Part shown: one piece after another, positions 54,901-63,239 of the stretch
Numbering within the stretch: the stretch's first letter is position 1
Layout: every line of letters begins with the position of its first letter
Origin: Callorhinchus milii
Lineage: Eukaryota
Direction: 5' to 3'
NCBI RefSeq assembly: GCF_018977255.1
Contig: NW_024704743.1
Location: forward strand, 71,364,001 to 71,428,000
DNA length: 64,000 nucleotides
Translations under genes and position numbers: made by a program
Notes under the pieces: generated by a model
Database searches by the model: none
What the model saw: the letters and a program-made list of their open reading frames with translations, nothing else
Told to the model about the DNA's origin: nothing

Positions 54901-57900
54901 GGCTGCTCCATGTTCCCCGCCCTGCCTTCTCCATCATCTGTGGTCAGGCCTTCAGCCTTTCTGCCCCCACCCTCTGGAACTCCATCCCAGAGCCCCTCCA
55001 TCTTGCTGCCTCCCTTGTCTACTTCAAGTCCCGTCTCAAGACATTCCTCTTTGACCATGCCTTTTTTCATCCTCCCACCTCCACCCGCCTTGCTCTCTAT
55101 TCGTCTTGACTCCAACCCCCATCTCAGATGCAACCCCTTGACTGTCCAGGACCTTGGGACGTCTTCCCTGCATAAGAGGCACTATATAAATGCAATTTGC
55201 TGTTGTTTCGACTGTGCTTTCGATCACCCTGCTTCCCCCCTGCCCTCCACCCTCCCCAATCCCGACCCCCAGCTCGGGTCCGAACACTGACTGTCCAACG
55301 CCTTAGGACGACCTCCTGATGTGAAAAGCGATATACAAATTTAATTTTATTGTTGTTGTTTTGAAGAGACCAGAAAGCACAATATATAATACCCTGTAGC
55401 GTAAACTTACTTATAATTCAGTTGCACTGTGGATGCTACTTACTGCGTATGTGTGCAGCCAGCCTGCTCACTTCCTTTGCCCTGGCTGGCTTTAATTGCT
55501 AAAAATGTCTGATTTTTGTGTGATTTGGTTACATTCGCTGCACATGTGCAAAGCAGGACCTGACGTTGGTAGTGCCTGATGAACTATAAGTTGGCAACTT
55601 TTTATTTTTGTGCGGAAACCGTCAGCTGACTACATAGCTGAACAGTCAAACCTGCTATCACGCCTTGCTATAATGCAGGTTGAAAACATTATAATGGGGC
55701 TGCACTGTATTTCTTTACACAGCAGATAATGACCACCTAGAAGGGTGTTGAGAGTAAAATACTGGAGTCCTTAAAAAACAGCTTGGTGCTGTCATAGGGT
55801 TGGTATTCCAGAACTACAACATTTAATGACCTTAATCTGAACCTTGGGTGCGATCTTGTAAAACGTAACTTTTAGACTTCACAACAAAAGAAGCGTGTAT
55901 GTAAAAAAAATATGCTAAATTCCTATTTACTCCTTTGATTCAGAAGAAGGTCTTGTAAATCTATTACAAAATAAAATAATCACAGGAGAATACTTATTGC
56001 TCAAGTTATCTTCTCTAATTGTTTCCTCTTGTCAATTTTGTTTGCTACAATAATTAAATACATTCCCAACATCTACCAATTCATCTGTGATGTAATTATA
56101 TTTCAGCATTATCTATCATTTTGGATTACGCTGATTTAATTTGACAGAAGGAACACTTTCTGAAATTGTCTGGTATGGAGTGTGAGTTTTATTGAGTGCA
56201 AGTTTTATTTATTATGTGGAGCTGCTTTATTCCACAGGGATTTATAGATTAGGTGAATTTTGACACATTATTGTAAACCGATCCACTATAATGAATCAAC
56301 TCTCCTACAGCACATATTGCTTATTACTTCCTCAACAATGGAAATACATTATAAAATGCCCTTTCTAAAGCAGTGTGTTTAAAAACAGATTGCTGGAATC
56401 ATATGAATTGTCTCTTCCATCAGTCACATCATTTTGATACAGAAATCAACACAATAACTTCTCCTGCTCATTATTATACCTTATTTAAGATGGATCCGGC
56501 TTAATAGTCTGGATTTAACAATTGATTGTTGCAGGCACATTGAGTGGAGCTACTGTGATGTACATTTTAATAAAATATTATGCACGTAAACATGTCTTTA
56601 CTCTGATGTTGCCTGGGTACGAGAAGTGTTTAGATCTAGAGTACCCCTCCCCACCCTTTTATGAATAGTCCCCAACACAGAAATAGCAAAAGCAGTTGAC
56701 ACTTAATTCTTTCAAAAAGGAACTAAATATCTAGTTGTTAACAGGCATGGATATCCCCAAGGATACCTGTGATTTGGGACAATCAGATAATGCATGTGAC
56801 ATAGTGTTTGTGCCTCTGTTTGCTTGATTTCCTTTGGAATTAGGGATCTATGCAGAGTTTTCCCTTAGGAAGTTGAGTAGATGGATTACAGTCCATGTTG
56901 GAATAGATTGTATGGCGGGCAAGTCTATTCGCCAAATGACCTTCCATGAGGTACTGGATTAAATACTGGTATATGAACACAAAGACACATTTAAAAAAAA
57001 AGCTACTGAAAAACAGAAACTCAACCTGACGTATATGTGTGATGACATTTATCTCAAGAATAGTGCAAGTAATTTGACTTTGAAAGCTCTGTTTAAACCG
57101 GGAGTTCTGAATTGTTGTACTAGTAATATGTTCTTGGCTGTGGTGCTGCACACTAGGAATTGGAAGCAGAGAGAGTGAAGCTGATGGAAGAGGTGACATC
57201 CAACAAACGGAGAATGAAGGAATTGGAAGATAACTTACTTTTCCGTCTTACCAGCACAGAAGGTTCTCTGGTGGAGGATGAGTCACTGATTGAAGTGCTC
57301 AAGGTCACTAAGATAACAGCTGAAGAGGTAATAATGAATAAGGGGAAAAAGAAGCTTTTCTTCTCCACTGATTATGACTGTTCAAAGAATTCCCCCTAAA
57401 TCTTGATCTCATGAGAGGAAGAAATCACCTATGATTAGAAATGATGTAGCTGCAGAACCTACATGACTGTTATACTGCACTTAGAGTCAGGCGAGTTTCA
57501 AATAGATATAGTGATTGAGTGTCAGAGAATGGTCTGAATGGGGAGTTTTTTCTTTGTGCCCTCATCGTTTTGAAAGTTTAAAGGAATGAACCAATACATT
57601 TAATAGGCAGGTCCACTGTTAATGACAGACTAGCCTAACTGTCCTTGGGTGATTCTAGCTAGGCAAGCATCTGGAAGCTTGCCAGACAATGTTTGTAATG
57701 CCAAGCTATGTGTTTTTAGCTGGTTAAACCTCAGCAGTACTCCAATGACACTTTGGGGTCTCCCAGTCTTGCTGAGGTATGGTTCTTCAATCACTGATTA
57801 TCCTAACCATAAACCAAGTACCTTTCATCAGTGTTTATTGTTTAGACTGCCACACAGAGCCCTATCACTTGATGTTCACTTTCTAATATGGTCTTGGATA

Positions 57901-59261
57901 GTGTTCAGAAGCCCGAACCTTAAATCATTATCTCATTTTATGGTTAAATTGGAAGTAGATTTTCTGCATTTTTTAATATGAATAACATGTTTCTATAATT
58001 CTGCACTAATTTATATTTCAAGACAATGTGTTAAGCATTAGGGCATGATGAATTTCCGGCCTTGGGAGCCTGCCCTATCGCAGTAAGGCCAATTGTAGCA
58101 TTGTAACCGCTGACCTGCTGATATCAGCTCAGCCTGGCACCATAGCTTCAAATCCTTTGGCATATGTATGAAAATAGAAGTGAGCAATCAGTGGAATAAC
58201 TGAATCCTCCAGATGGAAGCAGTTTGAATTAATAGGGTTGTCACAGAAAGCAATTTTGCAGAAAATGCATCACATTTTAGCAGTAAATAAATCCATAACA
58301 GCTTTATTTACAGTGTATCTCAGGATCAAAAGTGATGGCGCTTAGACTACACAGCAAACTCAACAAATTATATCCCGCTGTAAATTTTGCATTTCATAAA
58401 TGCTGCCTTATAGTATGCATTATTTCTTATTTAAAGGACGGTGTTATTGTGGGGCAGTGAGTGTTTATAATGTACAGTTCCCTCTTTTTATCTTCCATCT
58501 AACTTTTAAAAATCCTGTGTACAGTACAATTGCAATTTTCATTTAGGAGGCACCTTTCATGTTGGGAGAATATCTCAAAAAGCACACATGTGAGAAGAGC
58601 ATATTTCGCAAGGAGGTTCTTCCACAATCCTAAAGGTTTCTTCAAACCTTGAAGTGATTTTATAAACAGAGGTTGAAGATTTTTTTTAACTATTATGTCA
58701 TCATATCACACATGTTTAGAATTTCATGGCCATCTATTCATAAGCATCCCTCCAAAGAATCTGAAACTTAAATAGATTTCCCTTGAAAACTGACAAATGG
58801 AGATTTTAATGCAGCAGATGCAGAGGAAGATGTATTGTTAGATGTGTGTTTAAAAGCTTAAAAGGTTTTCTTCCTTTCTCAGGTTAGTGAAAAACTGAAC
58901 GTGGCTGCAGAAACAGAGGTGAAGATCAACACAGCTCGTGAAGAGTATCGCCCTGTTGCCTCCCGTGGCAGTATTCTTTACTTCCTTATAGTTGAAATGA
59001 GTCTAGTGAACATCATGTACCAGACCTCACTTCGACAGTTTCTGGGTATTTTTGACCTATCCATGGAAAAATCGGCAAAATCTCATATTACATCAAAACG
59101 AATCGCTAACATTATTGAATTCCTAACCTACGAAATTTTCAAATACACAGCCCGAGGGTTGTACGAGGATCACAAGTTCCTCTTCACATTGCTTATGACA
59201 TTAAAGATTGACATGGAAGCCAAGAAGATTTCGCACAACGATTTCCAAACGTTGATTAAAG
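3788..59261 (+). CDS. DNAH5: Axonemal dynein heavy chain, DNAH5/DNAH8 family (DNAH5-like), partial spliced gene: 34 exons in window, 5' and 3' ends outside
   Basis: Exons join in frame through GT-AG introns into about 2426 aa. Motifs: AAA1 GPAGTGKT + CFDEFNR, AAA2 [11 protein letters not shown]3 [11 protein letters not shown]4 GVGGSGKQ, stalk coiled coils/MTBD and AAA5 [12 protein letters not shown]. Colinear with DNAH5 as I recall it. Family is secure; exact orthology (DNAH5, DNAH8 or DNAH5-like) is not. Confidence 0.93.
4215..4375 (-). mobile_element. tRNA-derived SINE, 3' half
   Basis: Reverse complement of the same SINE tail. Confidence 0.75.
4487..4848 (+). mobile_element. tRNA-derived SINE, full length, long form
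   Basis: A/B box-like head (tggttagagcactc...gtttgattccc), body, L2-like tail. Confidence 0.85.
5225..5520 (+). mobile_element. Degraded CR1-type LINE fragment
   Basis: Remnant of RT-region coding and 3' tail resembling the other CR1 pieces. Confidence 0.45.
5590..5797 (+). mobile_element. tRNA-derived SINE, 3' half
   Basis: Matches 3570-3767. Confidence 0.85.
5840..6039 (+). CDS. DNAH5: Exon 2 ([13 protein letters not shown]...GSLMSNR)
   Basis: ttttcag / gtaact, 200 nt, ends phase 2. Confidence 0.93.
6050..6200 (-). mobile_element. CR1-type LINE 3' end
   Basis: catagaatcatagaat terminal repeat then acagcacagaaggaggcc...gcc, typical antisense CR1 tail. Confidence 0.7.
6567..6800. mobile_element. 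Two opposed Deu-domain SINE fragments
   Basis: aagagaagggagtttctcctggtgtcct at 6567-6597 and its reverse complement at 6709-6742. Confidence 0.65.
6806..6915 (-). mobile_element. SINE 3' tail
   Basis: (aat)n ccttgcatttgatatag...aagcgcttcac. Confidence 0.75.
7302..7455 (+). CDS. DNAH5: Exon 3 (YNAPFKP...[10 protein letters not shown])
   Basis: cacatag / gtctgt, 154 nt; [12 protein letters not shown] linker motif. Confidence 0.93.
7475..7690 (+). mobile_element. Old Deu-domain SINE fragment
   Basis: gatggcatcttttggaaagagaagggag...tgtcctagccaac...gctgtgcgcaaattgg. Confidence 0.65.
8190..8557 (+). mobile_element. tRNA-derived SINE, full length, long form
   Basis: gtggagtcc...tggttagagcactc...gggttcgattccc B box; tail ends (att)n. 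Confidence 0.88.
9148..9414 (+). CDS. DNAH5: Exon 4 ([12 protein letters not shown]...ASDSHTIQ)
   Basis: atctcag / gtcaaa, 267 nt; [17 protein letters not shown] motif. Confidence 0.93.
10944..11072 (+). CDS. DNAH5: Exon 5 ([10 protein letters not shown]...EPVIAQ)
   Basis: gtttcag / gtgaga, 129 nt. Confidence 0.92.
11150..11315 (-). mobile_element. Old Deu-domain SINE 5' part
   Basis: cattgcagcactccctcagtcctgca...ctactgagcc, antisense to the head/Deu domain. Confidence 0.6.
11515..11730 (+). CDS. DNAH5: Exon 6 (GNVEIWL...AKSDKK)
   Basis: cttgtag / gtgttc, 216 nt. Confidence 0.92.
12790..14140 (+). mobile_element. L2-clade LINE, 5'-truncated, frameshifted ORF2 reverse transcriptase fragment
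   Basis: Frames give [76 protein letters not shown]; stops, frameshifts and an internal deletion. Confidence 0.92.
14311..14457 (+). CDS. DNAH5: Exon 7 (IMQTTNQ...KDIFDDL)
   Basis: gatgcag / gtatgt, 147 nt; [12 protein letters not shown] motif. Confidence 0.92.
14550..14722 (+). CDS. DNAH5: Exon 8 ([13 protein letters not shown]...[10 protein letters not shown])
   Basis: ccattag / gtaaac, 173 nt, follows a 92-nt intron. Confidence 0.93.
15452..15630 (+). CDS. DNAH5: Exon 9, AAA1 Walker A (GPAGTGKT at 15507-15530)
   Basis: attgtag / gtacgg, 179 nt. Confidence 0.95.
15855..16042 (+). CDS. DNAH5: Exon 10, AAA1 Walker B ([10 protein letters not shown])
   Basis: tctgcag / gtaagc, 188 nt. Confidence 0.95.
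16230..16357 (-). mobile_element. SINE 3' tail
   Basis: Antisense SINE tail ending about 55 nt before exon 11. Confidence 0.75.
16412..16606 (+). CDS. DNAH5: Exon 11 ([15 protein letters not shown]...EEQLSKQ)
   Basis: attttag / gtaagc, 195 nt. Confidence 0.95.
16814..17421. repeat. Inverted pair of Deu-type SINE heads (arms 16814-16955 and 17261-17421)
   Basis: Arms are reverse complements, e.g. ctgaatttgagttggaag / cttccaactcaaattcag and atgaccttttggatgag / ctcatccaaaaggtcat. Confidence 0.8.
18282..18416 (+). CDS. DNAH5: Exon 12 (VHYDFGLRN...DMNLSKL)
   Basis: ttggcag / gtacgt, 135 nt. Confidence 0.94.
18905..19340 (-). mobile_element. L2-clade LINE 3' end
   Basis: Reverse complement of the L2 tail; [11 protein letters not shown] on - strand. 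Confidence 0.85.
19538..19727 (+). CDS. DNAH5: Exon 13 (VDEDEPLF...ETQRVRH)
   Basis: gtcctag / gtcaga, 190 nt. Confidence 0.93.
20513..20730 (+). CDS. DNAH5: Exon 14, AAA2 Walker A (GPSGAGKT at 20527-20550)
   Basis: gtgttag / gtgaat, 218 nt. Confidence 0.94.
22133..22444 (+). CDS. DNAH5: Exon 15 ([19 protein letters not shown]...NSIFQ)
   Basis: cttgcag / gtatgt, 312 nt. Confidence 0.94.
22948..23037 (+). CDS. DNAH5: Exon 16 (DLISFVF...AIDLLQ)
   Basis: tttcaag (AAG acceptor) / gtaatg, 90 nt, keeps frame. Confidence 0.85.
23126..23362 (+). CDS. DNAH5: Exon 17 (GLLPGAE...WEHWSQR)
   Basis: tctttag / gttagt, 237 nt, follows an 88-nt intron. Confidence 0.9.
24108..24407 (+). mobile_element. tRNA-derived SINE, long form, head missing
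   Basis: tctgtttaccta...ggaacccggttgttagtcgattg...tail. Confidence 0.82.
24553..24720 (+). CDS. DNAH5: Exon 18, AAA3 Walker A (GEQGTAKT at 24685-24708)
   Basis: attttag / gtatgt, 168 nt. Confidence 0.94.
25834..26100 (-). mobile_element. tRNA-derived SINE, short form
   Basis: Antisense tail, body and degraded head. Confidence 0.8.
26714..26920 (+). CDS. DNAH5: Exon 19 (GYMNKYD...FIDDINMP...WGDQ)
   Basis: atttcag / gtgagt, 207 nt. Confidence 0.94.
27744..28073 (+). CDS. DNAH5: Exon 20 (ITNEIVRQ...WQATKIK)
   Basis: cgaacag / gtatgg, 330 nt; [17 protein letters not shown]. Confidence 0.93.
28475..29078 (+). mobile_element. L2-clade LINE 3' portion
   Basis: [18 protein letters not shown]...IQNSAARVL...LHWLP...FKILVLTYK...[11 protein letters not shown] plus tail. 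Confidence 0.9.
29080..29350 (-). mobile_element. tRNA-derived SINE, long form, tail missing
   Basis: Antisense head gagtgctctaaccact...acaggactcca; internal (ttta)n. Confidence 0.82.
29724..29930 (+). CDS. DNAH5: Exon 21 ([18 protein letters not shown]...TMNK)
   Basis: tacacag / gttagg, 207 nt. Confidence 0.93.
30463..30705 (+). CDS. DNAH5: Exon 22 (ISTDDHGE...MDLVFFK)
   Basis: tatgtag / gtaata, 243 nt. Confidence 0.9.
30735..30930 (+). mobile_element. Degraded CR1-type LINE 3' ORF2 fragment
   Basis: RRLKGD.IE.FK.I-like remnant. Confidence 0.5.
31481..31635 (+). CDS. DNAH5: Exon 23, AAA4 Walker A (GVGGSGKQ at 31550-31573)
   Basis: ctaatag / gtaaaa, 155 nt. Confidence 0.94.
32190..32410 (-). 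mobile_element. L2/SINE-type 3' tail containing a 41-nt tandem duplication
   Basis: tggcactcgggaagaggggtccaggggaaacaagg at 32264 and 32305. Confidence 0.7.
32619..33283 (+). CDS. DNAH5: Exon 24, long AAA4 exon ([12 protein letters not shown]...NRMKT)
   Basis: gttttag / gtaaat, 665 nt open; [23 protein letters not shown]. Confidence 0.94.
34490..34702 (+). mobile_element. L2-clade LINE 3' end
   Basis: Close match to 28870-29078. Confidence 0.85.
35228..35542 (+). mobile_element. tRNA-derived SINE, full length, short form
   Basis: tggagtcctgtagttcagtggttag...gttcaattcc...tail (att)n. Confidence 0.87.
36089..36369 (+). CDS. DNAH5: Exon 25, stalk CC1 (GLSKLMEA...EAEAALQ)
   Basis: tgcgcag / gttggc, 281 nt. 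Confidence 0.93.
39440..39636 (+). mobile_element. tRNA-derived SINE, 3' half
   Basis: Matches other copies. Confidence 0.78.
41251..41466 (+). CDS. DNAH5: Exon 26, microtubule-binding domain ([17 protein letters not shown]...TFPK)
   Basis: tttacag / gtagtg, 216 nt. Confidence 0.93.
41848..42162 (+). mobile_element. tRNA-derived SINE, long form
   Basis: gtggagtcccgtag...gtggttagagc...gggttcaatttcc head through to tail. Confidence 0.83.
42190..42570 (+). mobile_element. Old Deu-domain SINE interrupted by a short L2-tail insertion
   Basis: atgagacattaaac...gttcaggtgg...ctcccagtgtcctggccaac...gtgcaaattggctg; insert 42358-42457. Confidence 0.72.
42794..42961 (+). CDS. DNAH5: Exon 27 (DTITAEV...KEVLPLK)
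   Basis: tgtgcag / gtgagg, 168 nt. Confidence 0.93.
43494..43712 (+). CDS. DNAH5: Exon 28, stalk CC2 (ANLTLQE...GLGGEK)
   Basis: taaatag / gtaaaa, 219 nt. Confidence 0.92.
44160..45033 (+). mobile_element. Degraded CR1-type LINE ORF2 (RT) and 3' tail
   Basis: Remnants [28 protein letters not shown]...SCLTSL; tail gatgggctgagtggtc. Confidence 0.78.
45036..45520 (-). mobile_element. L2-clade LINE 3' portion
   Basis: - strand [13 protein letters not shown]...[13 protein letters not shown]...[12 protein letters not shown]. Confidence 0.88.
46770..47165 (+). mobile_element. Old Deu-domain SINE with nested L2 tail
   Basis: cttcagataaaatgttcaactgaggtcc...gttcaggtggatg...ctcccagtgtc; tail caaatgcgagg. 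Confidence 0.65.
47550..47726 (+). CDS. DNAH5: Exon 29 (IRWTES...IPYND)
   Basis: atcacag / gtaagt, 177 nt; [16 protein letters not shown]. Confidence 0.93.
47970..48510 (-). mobile_element. Degraded CR1-type LINE 3' ORF2
   Basis: Antisense [20 protein letters not shown] motif at about 48380-48430. Confidence 0.65.
50818..51012 (+). CDS. DNAH5: Exon 30, AAA5 (DINLIS...[12 protein letters not shown]...NELQ)
   Basis: ccttcag / gtaatt, 195 nt. Confidence 0.93.
51974..52129 (+). CDS. DNAH5: Exon 31 ([15 protein letters not shown]...SGSTYK)
   Basis: attctag / gtaagc, 156 nt; not in ORF track. Confidence 0.93.
52212..52500 (-). mobile_element. Two stacked SINE 3' tails
   Basis: Repeated aataatc.ttgcattt...aaagcgcttca...gtaaagtg. 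Confidence 0.65.
52500..52780 (-). mobile_element. Old Deu-domain SINE, head and Deu domain
   Basis: gccaggacagtggg...tccacctgaacagg...aacgtctca...gacaatgcagtgc...cactgcactggaatgtcagcc. Confidence 0.72.
52955..53215 (+). mobile_element. Old Deu-domain SINE 3' part
   Basis: tttgaagaagagtaggaagtttctcccagtgtcctggccaac. Confidence 0.72.
53218..53410 (-). mobile_element. tRNA-derived SINE, 3' half
   Basis: Antisense tail, tail-to-tail with the preceding element. Confidence 0.8.
53613..53795 (+). CDS. DNAH5: Exon 32 (VKVGDKE...ILTEKQ)
   Basis: ttgctag / gtaagt, 183 nt. Confidence 0.93.
54020..54515 (-). mobile_element. Degraded CR1-type LINE 3' region
   Basis: Antisense [12 protein letters not shown] and [12 protein letters not shown] remnants. 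Confidence 0.68.
54533..55340 (+). mobile_element. L2-clade LINE 3' portion followed by a second L2 tail (55207-55340)
   Basis: [35 protein letters not shown]; two consecutive tails. Confidence 0.88.
57157..57327 (+). CDS. DNAH5: Exon 33 (ELEAERVK...ITAEE)
   Basis: cacactag / gtaata, 171 nt. Confidence 0.92.
58883..59261 (+). CDS. DNAH5: Exon 34 ([12 protein letters not shown]...FQTLIK); next exon lies beyond the window
   Basis: ttctcag / gtaatc, 379 nt; [17 protein letters not shown]. Confidence 0.93.
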
Positions 59262-60179
59262 GTAATCTGCATTTACCAAAACTCTTTGCAGAGCATTTCA
59301 ATAAAAGATACATTTGTCCTATCTTCTGGACAGAACTTGTTGTGGAAATCTCTCTACTCTTGATGGGAAAAGCTGAATTTTGCTTGCTTTATACCCAAGC
59401 ACAGTGACAGAAATCATAGCTACTACATCCAGTATAAATTCCTGACTTCTCTGTTTTTTTCGTTGGCTACATTCACCCTAGCAGTTGGCTCCATGAAAAT
59501 TATTTTCTTAACCAAGATGGTTATGATAACCTGTAGATGCTCTGTACCTGTAGATAGGTGCCAGTGCACCACCCACTTCATAGTTGTGTTTTGATGTTTT
59601 ACAAAATGTAATTCTACTCTATGACAGTACAACGCATGAAACGCCAGAGTCATTTTGACTGGGGTCCTGCATAACACTGACACCTGAACAGTGAGTTCAG
59701 TTTTTTTGAGTTATGAATATTTATCTTAACCCAGAATTAGCAGTCTAAGCTTCTCTTTTACTTTTGTCCTTTAATCGTAATCGTATAATAAACCTTGCAT
59801 TTTAGATAGTACCTATAAACACTGAAATGTCTTAGTTGCAGCACTATGCACATGCACAGTAAATATGAAAGTTGCAATACCATTTTTTACTGAGTTTTAC
59901 TAAATTTACGCTGTATCTAGCCTGGAATGAAAATTTGTGCCTGCTCTGCACTGACTACCCTCATCTTTAATGAGGAAAAGATCCCACCTGCAGTTTTCAA
60001 ATCTATTTAGCAACTGGCTATGTAGCTAAGGAATCATTCAAGAACTGCATTATTTTTTTGCAGACATGCAGAATTGTTTTGCATGGTATTTAGGGCTTTA
60101 CTTTCTGGGTTTCTTTCCCACCTGAAATCATAGCGTACATGGGATAAAGGCACTTAGCTATAAGGAGAAGTAGGGTAAA

Positions 60180-60710
60180 ATGGGTGATATTCCTTAGAAC
60201 TGAGGAGAGTAAGAGATAATTTGATAAGAGATAAAGAGAAAAGTCTTTAAAATAATAAAACCAATTGAAGGTAGATAGAGTATGGTTTCCCCTATAGTAG
60301 GGAAATCCAGAACTCAGGGATATTTAGTTTCACCCAGAAAATATACAGTCAAATTCAACTTGCAGTTTATTCTGTGAAGCGCTTTGAGACTTCTCGAAGA
60401 AACGTCACTAGCAAATGCAAGGATTATTATAATAGGATCTTAAAATGAGAGTTTAGCTCATTAAAAGTAAAACCAAATAAGTTTTTCCACATAAATTGTT
60501 TGAATGTGGAATGTAGAATGCTATGGCACATACAAGAAAGCCATTCATGCAAAAATGGCTAAAGTTGTTTAAAAGGCATACTGATAGGAATTTGGGAAGT
60601 AAGGATATTAATGGTTTACGGAGAAAAACTGGAGAAATTAGAATAAAATGCTGGAATTTCAATCAACTAATAAAATAGTGGAGGAGGCTGGATGGAGCAA
60701 ATGGCTTTCA
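60180..60710 (+). mobile_element. Degraded CR1 3' region with a nested SINE tail (about 60330-60432)
   Basis: gaggagagtaagagataatttgata...tgtggaatg...; SINE tail in the middle. Confidence 0.5.
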
Positions 60711-61859
60711 TGGTGAGCTATTAATATTGTAGAAGGATGTAGGGAGAGGCTGTGTATAAGGGTAAAATATTGCATTGTCTTGTACTTGTGCTGTTGTTTC
60801 CGCAGTGTTGAATAAGTCATGTTTATTCATGGTTATTTATTTTTATATTACTGCAATGCCCTTGATAACACAACACTAGGGTTTGCATGGCGTAAATGCG
60901 AGATAGTATGGTTTTACAAGGATTATGGAATCTCCTTGTGAAATTTTAAGACATGAAAATAGTCAACAGGAGATTGGCTTTGCACAGGTGAGAAATTGCT
61001 GTGATTAAGAGTGATATAGAGAATGGAAGAGGCATACAATTGCAAATCGGCAGGGAAGAGCAAACCAATGAAAATCTAATGAGGAGCAACACAATCTGTC
61101 ATTGCTTAGTCAGATCATTGAATTACACAAATTCAAACTCATTCTGACTCCAGTTATATTATTGCTGTTCTTGCAGATGAAGTTCTATATGCATGGACTG
61201 CTTTGCTTAATTTTTATCCACAAACAGATTTTTCCCCTTTAATTTAAATGCTATTACATTTCTAGGAAGAGCTATGTGAACATTTTCATAACTGCAGGCA
61301 GTGTATCTCCAGTGATTTAGCTACCTTGGATTCTATATCCGGTTCTCTGCCCTATTAATCACTCATCAACACCCTGTATTCACAACTGAAGCCATAGAAT
61401 GTCTTAATAGCCTCTTCTTAACAGTTTATAATAAACTAATGAGCCATTTTACTTCTAAAGTACCTCTGGTTATTGACCAGGGTATTTTCTGAATGTGATA
61501 TTTAATGGGCTGTTTACACTTGTCACTTCACACTTGATCAACTGGTGACTATCTTCCTTCGAGGAGGAGGTAAGTGAGGTCTCCTTGAAGTGGAGCTGGC
61601 CTGAAAGTCACGTGCTTGGTAACAGAGTATCGGAATCAAGTCAATTCTCAATAGTTAGCATTTAGAAAGGCCTGAGGAGAATGGTAGTTGAGGCAGAATC
61701 CGAATTAGCTTTGAAAGGGGAATAGATAAACACCTTAAATTGACTAACTGCAGAGATATGGGAAAAAGATTGCTCTCGAGGGAGCTGGTACAGACAGAAT
61801 GGGTGGAATGGCCTCCTATATTGTAAAAGTCTGATTCTCTGGTGCCATCTTGTCACTGG

Positions 61860-62260
61860 ATCAGGAACGTATGGGTTTGAGTTTCACTTTGGCACTTGAG
61901 GCCAGTTGTTGGTTAACACTCCATTACAGTACTGGGGAGAACTCTTCATTATCAGAGGTGCCATCCTTCAGATAAGATTTTAAACTCTTTGTCTTGTTTA
62001 TCCTATTTGTCTGTTTGGGTAAACGTCCTGCAACAGTAGTTAAAAATAAGAGAAGAGAGTTTGGGTTTTCCCCCCCTTGTCGTGGCCAGCAGTCTTCCAG
62101 ATAATTTGGTTGTTCACTTTATGACTGTCGCTTTGCTTTGAGCAAATTGGCTGCTGCTGCGCTTGCTTACAAATGAACAGTCACTGCACTGGGTTTGATT
62201 AACTGTGAAGCTTATTGAGATATTCACTATGGATGCCTTATCAAACCAAGGAGTTTTATT
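61860..62260 (+). mobile_element. Old Deu-domain SINE
   Basis: cagtactgggg...tcagaggtgccatccttcagataag...gcaaattggctgc. Confidence 0.65.
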
Positions 62261-63239
62261 GCCTGGTCCAACCTAGTTAGTATCGCTCATGGACAATTGG
62301 AGTCTGACAACAAGTATAACAAATGCTGGCAGCTGGAAACTAGGGACTTTATGTTCCTTTATGGTCCCTTTGAGTGATGTCTGGGTATTGCATGAATCAT
62401 GGAGTAGGATGGTAATTTTGTGAGGCACCCTGTGGTGAAATTATAGCATAATTAGATGCTGAACTGAATGCTGTGCAAGGGAATATTGGATGCTAAAAAA
62501 CAGTCTCAGGCTAAATATGAAGGACCTACAACTTTCAGCTGCCTTATTTTCTATAAAATAAAATCTTTGCTGTATTATGAAGGCTAATGAATTTAACGAG
62601 CAATGTATGATGTTCAGGGGAATTGACAATGGGGAAAATTAATTATAATGAGATCAGTTTTGATTAAAAGGCATTTTCCTAAATAAAAAAAATCAACTTG
62701 CTCTGCAGTGAAACCTCCTGTATTGTGGTGATACTTACATTGGAGACGGAACTTCTTAATACTGTTTCTTATTTCTACTTTCAGTGATATTTCCATGATA
62801 TCAATTTGCACAATCAAATCTTCATAGAAGAAATAACATTGGCAAATACTTTGGATATAGAAAGTGCTTGTATAAGAATTTTCACTTAGATAGTAAACTT
62901 GCACTTAGGTTGTGCATTTTGCAATGAATTGGATGGAAGTGCTTTATAAAGATGACGGCATCCACTGAGCAAGGAGGGAAGGAGAGGGAATTTGTACTGG
63001 GTGTTTCAGCCACTACCTGCATTCTCAAGATTACACTTTTAAACTGGGGGTGTGGGAGAAAAACAGCTGATCCGGAACCTCGATTTGTATGTGGCAATGA
63101 TGTATACATCTGTTTGAGTGAAGAATATTCAATTGTATACCTACAAGCCATTTCACAAAGTATCACATGGGTGTTTCAAGGACAAAATATGGACACGAAT
63201 TCAAAATTGACTGAAGGGAAGGAAACAAAATGTAATTGA

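Noticed and set aside
3788..59261. Pseudogene or non-canonical (U12, GC-AG) introns
   Set aside because: All 33 internal introns are GT-AG, phases are consistent and I saw no in-frame stops
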